DNA from: an uncultured bacterium
GTDB taxonomy: Bacteria; Verrucomicrobiota; Verrucomicrobiia; Verrucomicrobiales; DEV007
Reading direction: 5' to 3'
Assembly (NCBI GenBank): GCA_963977015.1
Contig: CAXBMO010000019.1
Span: 1 to 64,000 of the forward strand
DNA: 64,000 nt
Part shown: positions 49,159 through 58,641 of the stretch, piece by piece
How the letters are laid out: each line of letters opens with the position of its first letter
Numbering within the stretch: position 1 is the stretch's first letter
Position numbers and translations under genes: made by a program
The notes under the pieces: generated by a model
Told to the model about the DNA's origin: nothing
What the model saw: only the letters and a program-made list of their open reading frames with translations
The model's database searches: none

Positions 49159-50574
49159 ATGAAACCCCACATTCTCGCCCTGATTCTCACCGTCAGCCTC
49201 GTGGTTGGCGGTTCGGCCTCCGCTGCCGAGAAACCCAACATCATCTACATCCTCGCTGACGATCTCGGGATCGGCGACGTCGGCTGCTACGGCCAGCAGC
49301 TCCTCAAAACGCCCCGCATCGATCAACTCGCCGCCGAGGGCATGCGCTTCACCGAGCACTACACCGGCTCCGCCATGTGCGCGCCCACCCGCAGCAGCCT
49401 CATGACCGGGCAACACACCGGACACACCCGCGTTCGCAAAAACGGACACGGCCCACTTTTCGATGAAGACGTCACCATCGCCGAGGTGCTCAAAACCGCA
49501 GGCTATCGCACCGGTGCCATCGGCAAATGGGGAATTGGCGAAGCCGACACCACCGGCGCGCCTTGGAAGCAGGGTTTCGATCTCTTTTTCGGCTATCTCA
49601 ACCAGAGCAGAGCTCACCACCACTACCCGTCCTACCTCTGGCGAAACGACGAAAAGGTCCTCTATCCCGAAAACCCGAAGAAACGCACCCACTACAGCCA
49701 CGACGAGTTTACCCGCGAAGCGATGGACTTCATTCGCGCGAGCCAGGACGAGCCTTTCTTCCTCTACCTGCCCTACACCCTCGTTCATGTTGATCTCGAT
49801 GTGCCTGACGAAGATCTCAAGCCGTGGATCGGCAGGATCGAGGAAACCAAGCCCTACGGCACTCCCGGCGGCCAGCACTACATCCATCAGGAAACTCCCC
49901 ATGCCGCTTTCGCCGGAATGGTGACCCGGCTCGACCGCGACATCGGCCGCATTGTCGACCTCGTTGATGAACTCGGGCTTGCCGAAAACACCCTCATCAT
50001 CTTCACTAGCGATAACGGACCCACCTCAGCCGGAGGTGCGGATCCGAGATTCTTCAATGGCAATGGCGACTATCGCGGCATCAAGTTTGAACTCTACGAT
50101 GGCGGCATTCGTTGTCCCATGATCGCGCGTTGGCCCGGCAAGATCGCCGAAGGAACCGAAACGGATCACCTTTCCGCCCACTGGGACGTCCTTCCCACCG
50201 TTGCCGAGCTCGCCGCCACCGCAACGCCGGACAAGATCGATGGCATCAGCTTTCTCCCCACTTTGCTCGGTAAAGAGCAGGCCCGGCAACACGACTACCT
50301 CTACTGGGAAACCAACGGGCGATCCGGCTGGCAAGCCCTCCGCAAAGGCAACTGGAAAGCGCACCTGCAATGGGTCGGCGCCCCGGACAAAACCACCTTC
50401 GAACTCTACAACCTCACCAACGACCTCGCCGAAGAAAAGGACATCTCCGCCGCCCACCCTGAAGTCTCCGAGGAATTGAAGCAACTCATGGCCGCCGCTC
50501 GTACCGTCCCCCAGGGCAATGCCGAAATCCTCGGATCTTCGCCCAAAAAGAAGAAGCCGAAAGCCGGCAAGTGA
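49159..50574 (+). CDS. Arylsulfatase-family sulfatase
   Basis: PNIIYILADDLG, CAPTR, GKWG, SDNG; start MKPHIL with signal peptide. Confidence 0.92.
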   Translation: MKPHILALILTVSLVVGGSASAAEKPNIIYILADDLGIGDVGCYGQQLLKTPRIDQLAAEGMRFTEHYTGSAMCAPTRSSLMTGQHTGHTRVRKNGHGPLFDEDVTIAEVLKTAGYRTGAIGKWGIGEADTTGAPWKQGFDLFFGYLNQSRAHHHYPSYLWRNDEKVLYPENPKKRTHYSHDEFTREAMDFIRASQDEPFFLYLPYTLVHVDLDVPDEDLKPWIGRIEETKPYGTPGGQHYIHQETPHAAFAGMVTRLDRDIGRIVDLVDELGLAENTLIIFTSDNGPTSAGGADPRFFNGNGDYRGIKFELYDGGIRCPMIARWPGKIAEGTETDHLSAHWDVLPTVAELAATATPDKIDGISFLPTLLGKEQARQHDYLYWETNGRSGWQALRKGNWKAHLQWVGAPDKTTFELYNLTNDLAEEKDISAAHPEVSEELKQLMAAARTVPQGNAEILGSSPKKKKPKAGK

Positions 50575-50674
50575 CGCCAAATCAAGGAGGACCATCGACC
50601 GGCCATTTTGGCTCACCCACGTTTGGTCGATCCTCAATCACAGCAACGTTCGACAAAAACCCGAAGGCAGAAAA

Positions 50675-51205
50675 ATGAATCAGAATCCACAGATATTATC
50701 GCTTGTTATAGCTCTTGGACTTATTGGATGCGCAGATGATTCCCCGGAGGGGGCGAGCGACCCGAAGTCCGGGCCTCCCGTGGAAACGGTGACCCTGCAG
50801 TGCCGCCAGGGGGCGCTCACATCGTCATACTCCTTTGAGATGGGCAAGGCGACGTCCGGCCTGACCGATATCAACTTCTACTTCGATGGGGACGACTGTT
50901 CTGAGGGCGCATTGTTCGGCCGCAATGATACCACGGGCTACATATTTCCGGTCGGTCAAGGAACGTGGGACGAGCTCTCGTTGGACGATCTACCGCAGGA
51001 GAGTTCCGAATCGGTCATCGGCTTTCGACCCATGGCGAAGGACAAGGAAGGGCTTGCGTTCTGGGTGAAGACGAAGAGCGCCAGATTTGCGTTGGTTAGG
51101 ATCAAGAGTGTGCAACCAGCTGCCTTCCCTGATTTCGAATCGGGCAAAACGGCGCAAGTGGTCTTGGAATGGGCATGGGGACGTCCTGACAAAGGAACCG
51201 AATAG
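50675..51205 (+). CDS. Hypothetical lipoprotein
   Basis: Lipobox LIGC after a hydrophobic stretch. Confidence 0.65.
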   Translation: MNQNPQILSLVIALGLIGCADDSPEGASDPKSGPPVETVTLQCRQGALTSSYSFEMGKATSGLTDINFYFDGDDCSEGALFGRNDTTGYIFPVGQGTWDELSLDDLPQESSESVIGFRPMAKDKEGLAFWVKTKSARFALVRIKSVQPAAFPDFESGKTAQVVLEWAWGRPDKGTE

Positions 51206-51296
51206 AATACGCGGAGGCGAATCCCAAAGACAGCTTGGAGCGATCGATTGTGGAACGGACTCGTGCCTTCCCTTGCGGTTTCCTTTTTGGCGCTGG

Positions 51297-51902
51297 TTAG
51301 GAGGCGGATGCCAACCAATCCTTCAGCTTCGCCAAGGCCCGTCCCCGGTGGCTCATGCTGTTCTTAATCTCCGACGAGAGTTGGCCGAAGGTTTCGCAGT
51401 GGCCTTCGGGAATGAAGAGCGGGTCGTAACCAAAGCAGCCTTCGCCTTTTTCCTGATTCGCGAGGATGCCCTCGACGGCACCATCGAAGGTGGCGAGAAC
51501 CTGATTCTGGCTGGCGAGGGTGAGGACGCAACGAAAGCGGCCACTGCGCGCTTTTCCTTTGGCCCCGGTTTTGTCGAGTTCGACGAGGAGCTTTTTGCGG
51601 TTGGATTCGTTGGTCGCGTTTTCGCCGGAGTAGCGGGCGGAGTAGACGCCGGGCGCACCGTCCAGGGCATCGACTTCAAGCCCAGAGTCGTCGGCGATGA
51701 CGGTTGCTTCGGGCATGGCCTGGCTGGCGGCGAGGGCTTTGATGGCGGAATTTTCGTGGAAGGTGGTTCCGGTTTCCTCCGCGGGCTCAAGCTCGGGGAA
51801 GGCGGTCAGGTCCACGATTTCGTCGTAGAAGTCCGCAAGGATCTCGCGGAATTCCTCCGTTTTGTGGGTGTTGTGCGTGGCAACAATGAGCGTTTTGGAC
51901 AT
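51297..51902 (-). CDS. rdgB: Non-canonical purine NTP pyrophosphatase (HAM1 family)
   Basis: ATHNTHK, ETGTTFHENS..KA, ADDSGLEVDALDGAPGVYSARY, FGYDPLF, KNSMSHR. Confidence 0.95.
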   Translation of the reverse strand: MSKTLIVATHNTHKTEEFREILADFYDEIVDLTAFPELEPAEETGTTFHENSAIKALAASQAMPEATVIADDSGLEVDALDGAPGVYSARYSGENATNESNRKKLLVELDKTGAKGKARSGRFRCVLTLASQNQVLATFDGAVEGILANQEKGEGCFGYDPLFIPEGHCETFGQLSSEIKNSMSHRGRALAKLKDWLASAS

Positions 51903-51929
51903 CGGCAGACCATGCTACATTCCTCCGAA

Positions 51930-54374
51930 ATGTCACACGGTCATCCCTTCGAACTCCTCTCTCCTGCCGGTAACTGGGATTGTGCCCGCGCGGCGGTGGC
52001 CAATGGCGCGGATGCGATCTATTTCGGGTTGCCGGCGTTCAATGCGCGGATTCGGGCGGACAACTTTACGGAGACGGATCTTCCGGAGCTGATGACGTTT
52101 CTGCACGAACGCGGCGTTCGCGGGTTTGTTGCGTTCAATACCCTCATTTTTACGGGCGAGTTGGAGGCGGCGGAGCGTCAATTGCGATTGATCCACGAGG
52201 CGGGCGTCGATGCGATCATTGTCCAGGATATCGGGTTGGCGAAGATGGCTCGGGCGATTTGTCCGGGCTTGGAGCTTCACGCCTCGACCCAGATGACAAT
52301 CACGTCGCCGGAGGCGTTGGAGTTTGTGAACGCGGCGTTCGAGTTGGATTGCGCGGTGATCGCGCGGGAGAATTCGCTGCGCGAGATGAAGTTGTTTCGC
52401 GCGGATGAAGCCGGGGCGGTGAAGCTGGAGACGTTCGTGCACGGGGCGCTGTGTGTGGCCTATTCCGGTCAATGCCTGACGAGCGAATCGCTCGGTCAAC
52501 GCAGCGCCAATCGTGGCGAATGCGCCCAGGCGTGCCGGATGCCGTATGACCTGATCGTCGATGGCGAGCAACGCGATCTGGGCGACAAGCGGTATTTGCT
52601 TTCGCCCCAGGATCTGGCGGGGATCGATGAGATTCCAGCTTTGATTGAGGCGGGGATCTCCAGTTTCAAAATCGAGGGGCGTCTCAAGACTCCCGAATAC
52701 GTGGCGGCGGTGACCCGCGTGTATCGGAAGGCGATTGATGCCGCCTTGAATGGGGAAGGGGAGCGGGCCAGTGAAGCTGATCGCTATGAATTGGAGATGG
52801 CGTTTTCGCGCGGGCTTCACAGCGGCTGGCTCAACGGGATCGACAACAAGAAGCTGGTTCATGCCCGGTTCGGGAAGAAGCGGGGCGCCTTTGTCGGGAC
52901 GATTTCGCAGGTGGGGCCGGATTGGGTCGAAGTGGAGCCTCAGGTTCCGGTGAAGAACGGCGATGGCGTGGTGTTTGATACCGGAGGCAACACGGACAAG
53001 GAGCAGGGTGGCCGAATTTATGGCGTCCATGGCAAGCGGCTCAGTTTCCAGCGGGAGAAGATTCGGTTTCAGGATCTGAAAGAGGGTGACCGGATTTGGA
53101 AAACGGATGATCCGGCCCTGAACGCGGAACTGCAGAAGTCGTGGAACGAATCGCGGCTCAAGCCTCAAAAGCAGATGTTGACCTGGGCGGTGGCTGGGCG
53201 GGCCGGGGATCCCTTGATCCTCACCGACTCAGGAACGGGAGCGAAGGTTGCTTCCTCGATTCCGCTGCAGGTCGCGGAACAACGGCCGCTGGCGGCCGAG
53301 TTTCTCCAGAAGCAGTTTGGCCGGCTCGGCAACACGGCTTACCAATTGGAGTCGCTGGATGTCGATCTGGAAGGCGAGGTGATGCTCCCGGTGAGCGAGC
53401 TGAACCGGATGCGGCGGGCGATGGTCGAGAAACTGGAGCAGGAGCCTGACGCGGCCAAACCGGCTCGTGTTTCGACGAACGTTTCCGTTGCGGAGTTGCT
53501 TCCCAAGCTTCCTGAGAACGACCGGGGTGCCGAACCGGTTCTTTATGTGTTGTGCCGCAATCAGGAGCAGGTTGATGCGGCGCTTTCCGCCAAGGTGGAA
53601 CGCATCTACGCCGACTTCGAGGATGTTCGGCGTTATCGCGACGTCGTGCGATCGGTTCGCGAGAGCGGTGTGAACTCGCGCATTTATCTGGCGACACCGC
53701 GCATCCAAAAAGCGGGCGAATCCGGCTTGTTCCGAGTCGTTGAAAAAGCGAAGCCGGACGGCGTTCTGGTTCGCAACCTGGGCGGAGTGCAGCACTTTCG
53801 CGAGCACGGCGAACTCGAGATGATCGGTGATTTTTCGCTCAACGTGGCCAACCCGATCAGCGCGGAATTTTTCCGGGGCCAGGGCTGTCGGAACCTGACG
53901 ATTTCCTACGATCTCAACATTGGCCAGGTGCTTGATCTCCTGGCGAAAGCGCCACCGGCCTGGTTCGAGATCACGCTGCATCAACACATGCCGATGTTTC
54001 ACATGGAGCACTGCGTGTTTTGCTCGTTCATCTCCGAAGGGACGGACGTCACCAATTGCGGGCGTCCCTGCGATACCCACGAAGTCGAGTTACGCGATCG
54101 CGTTGGTCAGCGCCATATTCTGAGCGCGGACGTGGGTTGCCGCAATACGCTCTACAATGGCCGGGCGCAAAGCGGCGCCCGATTCTTTGGGAACCTGCTC
54201 GATTCCGGGTTGAGACAGTATCGCGTGGAGTTGCTCAAGGAGAATCGCGAGGAGGCGGCCGCGACGATCACGGCCTATCAGGATCTCCTGAGAGGGAGTG
54301 AGGGCGGGACCCAACTCTGGGAACGCCTCCAAGTGGAGTCGAAGCTGGGAGTGGTCGAGGGAACGTTGGCCTGA
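51930..54374 (+). CDS. Peptidase U32 family Fe-S protein, long RlhA-like form (likely RNA hydroxylation)
   Basis: ELLSPAG, GADAIYFG, HASTQM, HGALCVAYSGQC, NRGECAQACR, FKIEGR; start reset to MSHGH. Confidence 0.85.
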   Translation: MSHGHPFELLSPAGNWDCARAAVANGADAIYFGLPAFNARIRADNFTETDLPELMTFLHERGVRGFVAFNTLIFTGELEAAERQLRLIHEAGVDAIIVQDIGLAKMARAICPGLELHASTQMTITSPEALEFVNAAFELDCAVIARENSLREMKLFRADEAGAVKLETFVHGALCVAYSGQCLTSESLGQRSANRGECAQACRMPYDLIVDGEQRDLGDKRYLLSPQDLAGIDEIPALIEAGISSFKIEGRLKTPEYVAAVTRVYRKAIDAALNGEGERASEADRYELEMAFSRGLHSGWLNGIDNKKLVHARFGKKRGAFVGTISQVGPDWVEVEPQVPVKNGDGVVFDTGGNTDKEQGGRIYGVHGKRLSFQREKIRFQDLKEGDRIWKTDDPALNAELQKSWNESRLKPQKQMLTWAVAGRAGDPLILTDSGTGAKVASSIPLQVAEQRPLAAEFLQKQFGRLGNTAYQLESLDVDLEGEVMLPVSELNRMRRAMVEKLEQEPDAAKPARVSTNVSVAELLPKLPENDRGAEPVLYVLCRNQEQVDAALSAKVERIYADFEDVRRYRDVVRSVRESGVNSRIYLATPRIQKAGESGLFRVVEKAKPDGVLVRNLGGVQHFREHGELEMIGDFSLNVANPISAEFFRGQGCRNLTISYDLNIGQVLDLLAKAPPAWFEITLHQHMPMFHMEHCVFCSFISEGTDVTNCGRPCDTHEVELRDRVGQRHILSADVGCRNTLYNGRAQSGARFFGNLLDSGLRQYRVELLKENREEAAATITAYQDLLRGSEGGTQLWERLQVESKLGVVEGTLA

Positions 54375-54385
54375 GCTGGTTGCGG

Positions 54386-54922
54386 TTAGGCGGCGCCACC
54401 GCGTTTCTTCTTTTTCGGAGCGTCCGTCACCCTTGCCTCCAGCAGTCCGCGATGAGCCTCGCCACCGATTTGATCCAGCACCCGCTGGTAGATTTTGCCC
54501 ATTTGCTCGGCTTCTTCTTCCGTGAGGTATTGAACGAAATTTTGTTCGATCAAGGGGCGGTAGGTTTTCCAGGCTTGATTGAGGGCCCGGCGGCCGGCTG
54601 CGCTCAGGCTGACCTGGAAGACTCTTCCATCGCTGCGGCTCTGCTTGCGCAATAGCAGGCCGCGTTCGGCCAGGCGGGCGGCGCGGCGGGACATTCCGCT
54701 TTTGCTGAGAAGCACCGCATCCGCCAGTTCCCCCATGGTCATGGTCTCATTCGTGGCCTCGTTGACGGTGAGAAGCACGTCGTAATCGCCGAAGGAGATG
54801 CAGCCCTCGGCCTGTAATCCTTCGTCAATCTTTTGGCAGGTCAAAGCATGGACGGTGAGGAACAGTCGCCATGCCACTTGCTGCGGCAGTTTGTCCGGAA
54901 AATTGGATGCTGGAGGATTCAT
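54386..54922 (-). CDS. MarR family transcriptional regulator
   Basis: YDVLL, MGELADAVLLSKSGMSR, DGR...LS.AGR; start MNPPAS. Confidence 0.88.
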   Translation of the reverse strand: MNPPASNFPDKLPQQVAWRLFLTVHALTCQKIDEGLQAEGCISFGDYDVLLTVNEATNETMTMGELADAVLLSKSGMSRRAARLAERGLLLRKQSRSDGRVFQVSLSAAGRRALNQAWKTYRPLIEQNFVQYLTEEEAEQMGKIYQRVLDQIGGEAHRGLLEARVTDAPKKKKRGGAA

Positions 54923-54972
54923 GAAGATGGGACAAGAACCCCGATCGGGGCTGTCTGCAAGTGCTGAGCAAA

Positions 54973-54990
54973 TAGTTGCACATGCAAATA
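54973..54990. promoter_or_regulatory. Palindromic candidate MarR operator
   Basis: TAGTTGCA-CA-TGCAAATA between marR and the ABC operon, just upstream of the sigma54-type site. Confidence 0.55.
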
Positions 54991-55001
54991 AATGTCTGGG
55001 T

Positions 55002-55017
55002 TGGCATTGAAGATGCT
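55002..55017 (+). promoter_or_regulatory. sigma54-type -24/-12 promoter of the glnT operon
   Basis: TGGCATTGAAGATGCT (GG-N10-GC), close to consensus. Confidence 0.65.
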
Positions 55018-55105
55018 CGATGGTTGAGGCGACTAGCAAGTCTTTTCCAATGTCCACGCCTTTTGCCAACTCTTCACCACTCACGCGTCATCGTGTGATT
55101 CTGTA

Positions 55106-55879
55106 ATGATTGATTTCGGAAGTTCCATCAACAGCGGATCTCGTCTCGGGTTAGGCGTAGCTGCGTGGGTCTGCTTTCTGGGAGGTTGGTACCTCCTGGC
55201 CACGTCCGGTTTGGCCAATGCCGCTCTCCTTCCGGATCCGCTTCAAGTGGGACGAGCGTGGTGCGAACTCTTTGCGGAGCGGGGGTTCCTTCATGACGTT
55301 GCACAGAGTGTAAAGCGGATCTTCCTGAGTTTTGGAATCGCGCTGTTGATCGCTCTTCCCCTTGGAATGTTGATGGGGGCGTTTGTCCCGGTGGAAGCAT
55401 TCTTGAATGCTCTCGTTTCTCCTTTTCGATATCTTCCGGCTCCGTCTTTTGTTCCGCTTCTACTGATGTGGTTGGGAACAGGGGATGGTCAAAAAGTGGC
55501 ACTTCTGGTGATTGGGGTGGTCTTTTTTTTGACAACGATGTTCATGGATAACACCCGGGCGGTGCGTCCGGAACTGATTGATTGTTCGCGAACGCTTGGT
55601 GCGAATCGATTGCGTGTTCTTACCCATGTAATACTTCCAGCCGCCCTACCCAGCTATGTAGATACGGCCAGGCAAATGCTGGCGGTGAGCTGGACCTATC
55701 TGGTGATCGCGGAAATCGTCGCCGCCAGCAACGGGATCGGAGCGATGATGATGCGGGCCAAACGCTTTGTTCAGGTAGACGACATCATGGCGGGCATCCT
55801 GACCATTGGAATTCTTGGGCTGCTGACCGATGCCGCGATTCGCTATCTCCATCGCCTGTTCTTTCGCTATCTCCACTAA
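55106..55879 (+). CDS. NitT/TauT-family ABC permease
   Basis: FRYLPAPSFVPLL, RTLGA...VILPAALP, WTYLVIAE. Confidence 0.9.
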   Translation: MIDFGSSINSGSRLGLGVAAWVCFLGGWYLLATSGLANAALLPDPLQVGRAWCELFAERGFLHDVAQSVKRIFLSFGIALLIALPLGMLMGAFVPVEAFLNALVSPFRYLPAPSFVPLLLMWLGTGDGQKVALLVIGVVFFLTTMFMDNTRAVRPELIDCSRTLGANRLRVLTHVILPAALPSYVDTARQMLAVSWTYLVIAEIVAASNGIGAMMMRAKRFVQVDDIMAGILTIGILGLLTDAAIRYLHRLFFRYLH

Positions 55880-55906
55880 CTAAACATCAATACCACCACC
55901 AAACCT

Positions 55907-56983
55907 ATGACTACAATACATCGAAACCTGAGCGTCATTGCCGGCTGCTGCCTGCTCTTCTCTGGTTGCAGCAAACCTGAGGGCGGGGAGGCGGCTTCCA
56001 CGGAAGCCTCCGTGACGCCGCAAACCGTGAAAATCTCTCTCTTCTCCTGGCCGGGATACGCCTTCTGGTTCGTTGCGAAAGAGAAGAACCTCGTTCCGGA
56101 GTTGGATCTGGATCTTGTGATTATTGAGGATCCCTACGAGAGCTTTGCCCAGATGGCGGCCGGCCAGTTGGACGTGACCTCTTCCACCGTGGAATACGGC
56201 CCGATCGCAGCTGATCAGGATGTGCCCGTAAAGTTGGTGACCTACACCAACCCTTCTTATGGAACGGATAAGATCATCCTCGGCCCGGGAGTGACCAGTG
56301 CGGCAGATCTCAAGGGAAAGGAAGTTGCCGTTCTCGAAGGAGGCCTGACCCAGATCTATATGGGAATCTGGCTCGAGGAAAATGGCGTCAAATTTGACGA
56401 GGTAAAGTATAGCAACCTGATCATGGACGATGCGGTTGCAGCCATGGTCAGTGGCAAAGTGGCCGCTGGTGAGTTCTGGGAGCCTTTCGGCAGTAATGTA
56501 TTATCCAGTCTTCCCGGTTGCACGGTCGCGGCGACCTCAAAAGATCCGTATTATAAGAAAACCGCGCTCCTCGGAGACGGGATGTACATGAGTGGCTCTT
56601 TTTTGTCCGAGAAGCCGGAGCTCGCAAAGTTGACCTTGAAGGCTTACTTCAAAGCGGTTGAATTCTGGGAGGCCAACCCGGCCGAGGCCAATGCGATCAT
56701 GGCAAAAGGCCTGAACTTTCCGTTGGAAGACGTCGAAACCGTGATTGGAGCCTCCGGGGAGTCGAGCGACGGCGGAGTCTACGCATTCAACTATGAAGAA
56801 GCCGGCCAGTTCATGGGTGTCCTGGAAGGGGTGCCTCCCTTTGGCGGGAATGGCGAGATCAAGAATCATTGGAAGCTCACCAACGACTGGTGGGTGAAGT
56901 TCGGAGCGGTCGGGAAAGACTATCCGATGGAATCCGGCGTCGATCTGGCACCCTTCACGGCGCTTGCTGAAGAAGGCCTCTAA
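55907..56983 (+). CDS. NitT/TauT-family ABC substrate-binding lipoprotein
   Basis: Lipobox FSGC; SWPGY, SYGTDKI, DLKGKEVA, WEPF. Confidence 0.88.
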   Translation: MTTIHRNLSVIAGCCLLFSGCSKPEGGEAASTEASVTPQTVKISLFSWPGYAFWFVAKEKNLVPELDLDLVIIEDPYESFAQMAAGQLDVTSSTVEYGPIAADQDVPVKLVTYTNPSYGTDKIILGPGVTSAADLKGKEVAVLEGGLTQIYMGIWLEENGVKFDEVKYSNLIMDDAVAAMVSGKVAAGEFWEPFGSNVLSSLPGCTVAATSKDPYYKKTALLGDGMYMSGSFLSEKPELAKLTLKAYFKAVEFWEANPAEANAIMAKGLNFPLEDVETVIGASGESSDGGVYAFNYEEAGQFMGVLEGVPPFGGNGEIKNHWKLTNDWWVKFGAVGKDYPMESGVDLAPFTALAEEGL

Positions 56984-57029
56984 GGAAGACCCGCTCACCC
57001 CTTTTATAGTGCTTGTTTCATCCTTGCCC

Positions 57030-57761
57030 ATGCCCAAGCCCGCGGGCCCTGGCTGTCTCCGGTTTCCGGAGATGGTCAGGGTTCCGCAAGGGGAAGGCAT
57101 CATGGGCGCCGTTACGGAAGACAAGTTTGCAACCTCGGTGGAGCTTCCGCCGACACGAACCCATTTTTCGCGGGAGTTTGCGCTCAGCCGAACGCCGGTG
57201 ACCCAGGCGCAATGGAGCGAGGTGATGGGGGAGCTTCCGCGGGAGTGTCCTACTGGGGTTGATGCGACCTGCCCGGTTGTGGGAGTGTCCTTTGCCGATG
57301 TCATGATCTATCTGGAGAAACTTTCCCAGTTGCGTGGGGAGACCTACCGTCTTCCGAGCGAGGCTGAGTGGGAGTATGCCTGCCGCGCGGGTTCGGTCTC
57401 CATTTTTCCCTTTGGATCCAACATCAGCCTGGGTGATGCCAATTATCTGTATGATGAGCGGGGGACGGCCATCGGCTGCGGCGCCCTCACTCCAGTGATG
57501 ACGTATCCCGCGAACGCGTTTGGGTTCTGCGACCTGTTGGGAAACGTCTGTGAGTGGACCGCCGATCTGTGGCATCCGAGTCACGACGGCGCTTCTCCCA
57601 ACGGCGCGGCGCGGACCGGCGGAGCGAAAACGAATTGCCGGACCATCCGCGGCGGTGCGTGGGATCATCTTCCCCGGGTTCTGCGCGCTTCCTGGCGCGA
57701 TTGGGCTCCGGAAGAGGCCCGCTGGGACAATCTGGGCTTTCGCGTAGCCCATAACCTTTGA
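57030..57761 (+). CDS. FGE-sulfatase (SUMF1) domain protein lacking the catalytic cysteine pair
   Basis: PVTQAQW, YRLPSEAEWEYACRAG, NAFG..D..GNV.EW, RGGAW, LGFRV; start uncertain. Confidence 0.82.
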   Translation: MPKPAGPGCLRFPEMVRVPQGEGIMGAVTEDKFATSVELPPTRTHFSREFALSRTPVTQAQWSEVMGELPRECPTGVDATCPVVGVSFADVMIYLEKLSQLRGETYRLPSEAEWEYACRAGSVSIFPFGSNISLGDANYLYDERGTAIGCGALTPVMTYPANAFGFCDLLGNVCEWTADLWHPSHDGASPNGAARTGGAKTNCRTIRGGAWDHLPRVLRASWRDWAPEEARWDNLGFRVAHNL

Positions 57762-57768
57762 AGAACCA

Positions 57769-58641
57769 ATGAAACTCTCTCTTTTTAAAACACTCTGGGG
57801 ACATGAGTCCTCGCTTTCGGATGCGATCCAATGCTGCCACGATGCCGGCTTTCAAGGCATTGAAAGTCCCGCCCCGCGCGATGGGTCCGAGCGGAAGGCC
57901 TTCTTTGAGGCGCTGGAGGCTGCCGACCTGAAATGGATTGCGGAAGTCAGCACCTGCACCCTGGACGGGACCTACGTTCCGCAGCCTGGTCGCAGCGTTA
58001 CCGATCACCTGGATTCGCTTCGCGAGGGGGTGGAGCGGAGCCTCACTGGAACCCCACTTTTTATCAATACCATGGCTGGGTACGATGCGTGGAGCATTGC
58101 CGATGCCATTGCGTTTTATCAGGGGGTTGTGAAGCTGGAGGAGGAACTGGGAATCCCGATCTCTGCGGAGACGCATCGAGGTCGGTCCACTTACAGCCCG
58201 TGGATTACGCGGGACATTTTATTGGAGACACCGGACTTGCGACTCACCTGTGATTTCAGTCACTGGTGCGTGGTGAGCGAGCGCCTGATTCTCGACGAAG
58301 AACCAGAGATTCTCCAGCTTGCCGCGAAGCACGCGTATCACATTCAGCCGCGGATTGGGTATGGCCAGGGGCCCCAGGTTCCCGACCCCCGTGCTCCGGA
58401 ATATCAGGAAGCGCTCCAGGCTCACGAACGTTGGTGGACGGTGCTTTGGGAGGCGATGGCGGCTCGCGGGAGGCGGGAAATGACCATGACGCCTGAGTTT
58501 GGGCCGGATGGTTACCTTCAATGTGCACCGTTCACCAGGGTGCCTGTCGCCGACCTTTGGGACATCAACACCTGGGTCGGGCATCGCCAGTTGGAACGCT
58601 TTCAGAACCACTTTCAAAATCAAACCATCGTATCCTCATGA
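57769..58641 (+). CDS. Xylose-isomerase-like TIM-barrel protein of unknown function
   Basis: KTLWG, GFQGIE, ETHRGR, DFSHW, QGPQVPDP, PEFGP. Confidence 0.8.
   Translation: MKLSLFKTLWGHESSLSDAIQCCHDAGFQGIESPAPRDGSERKAFFEALEAADLKWIAEVSTCTLDGTYVPQPGRSVTDHLDSLREGVERSLTGTPLFINTMAGYDAWSIADAIAFYQGVVKLEEELGIPISAETHRGRSTYSPWITRDILLETPDLRLTCDFSHWCVVSERLILDEEPEILQLAAKHAYHIQPRIGYGQGPQVPDPRAPEYQEALQAHERWWTVLWEAMAARGRREMTMTPEFGPDGYLQCAPFTRVPVADLWDINTWVGHRQLERFQNHFQNQTIVSS

Noticed and set aside
51087-51929. 281-aa N-terminal extension of the U32 ORF
   Set aside because: Overlaps rdgB on the opposite strand; family similarity starts at MSHGHPFELLSPAG
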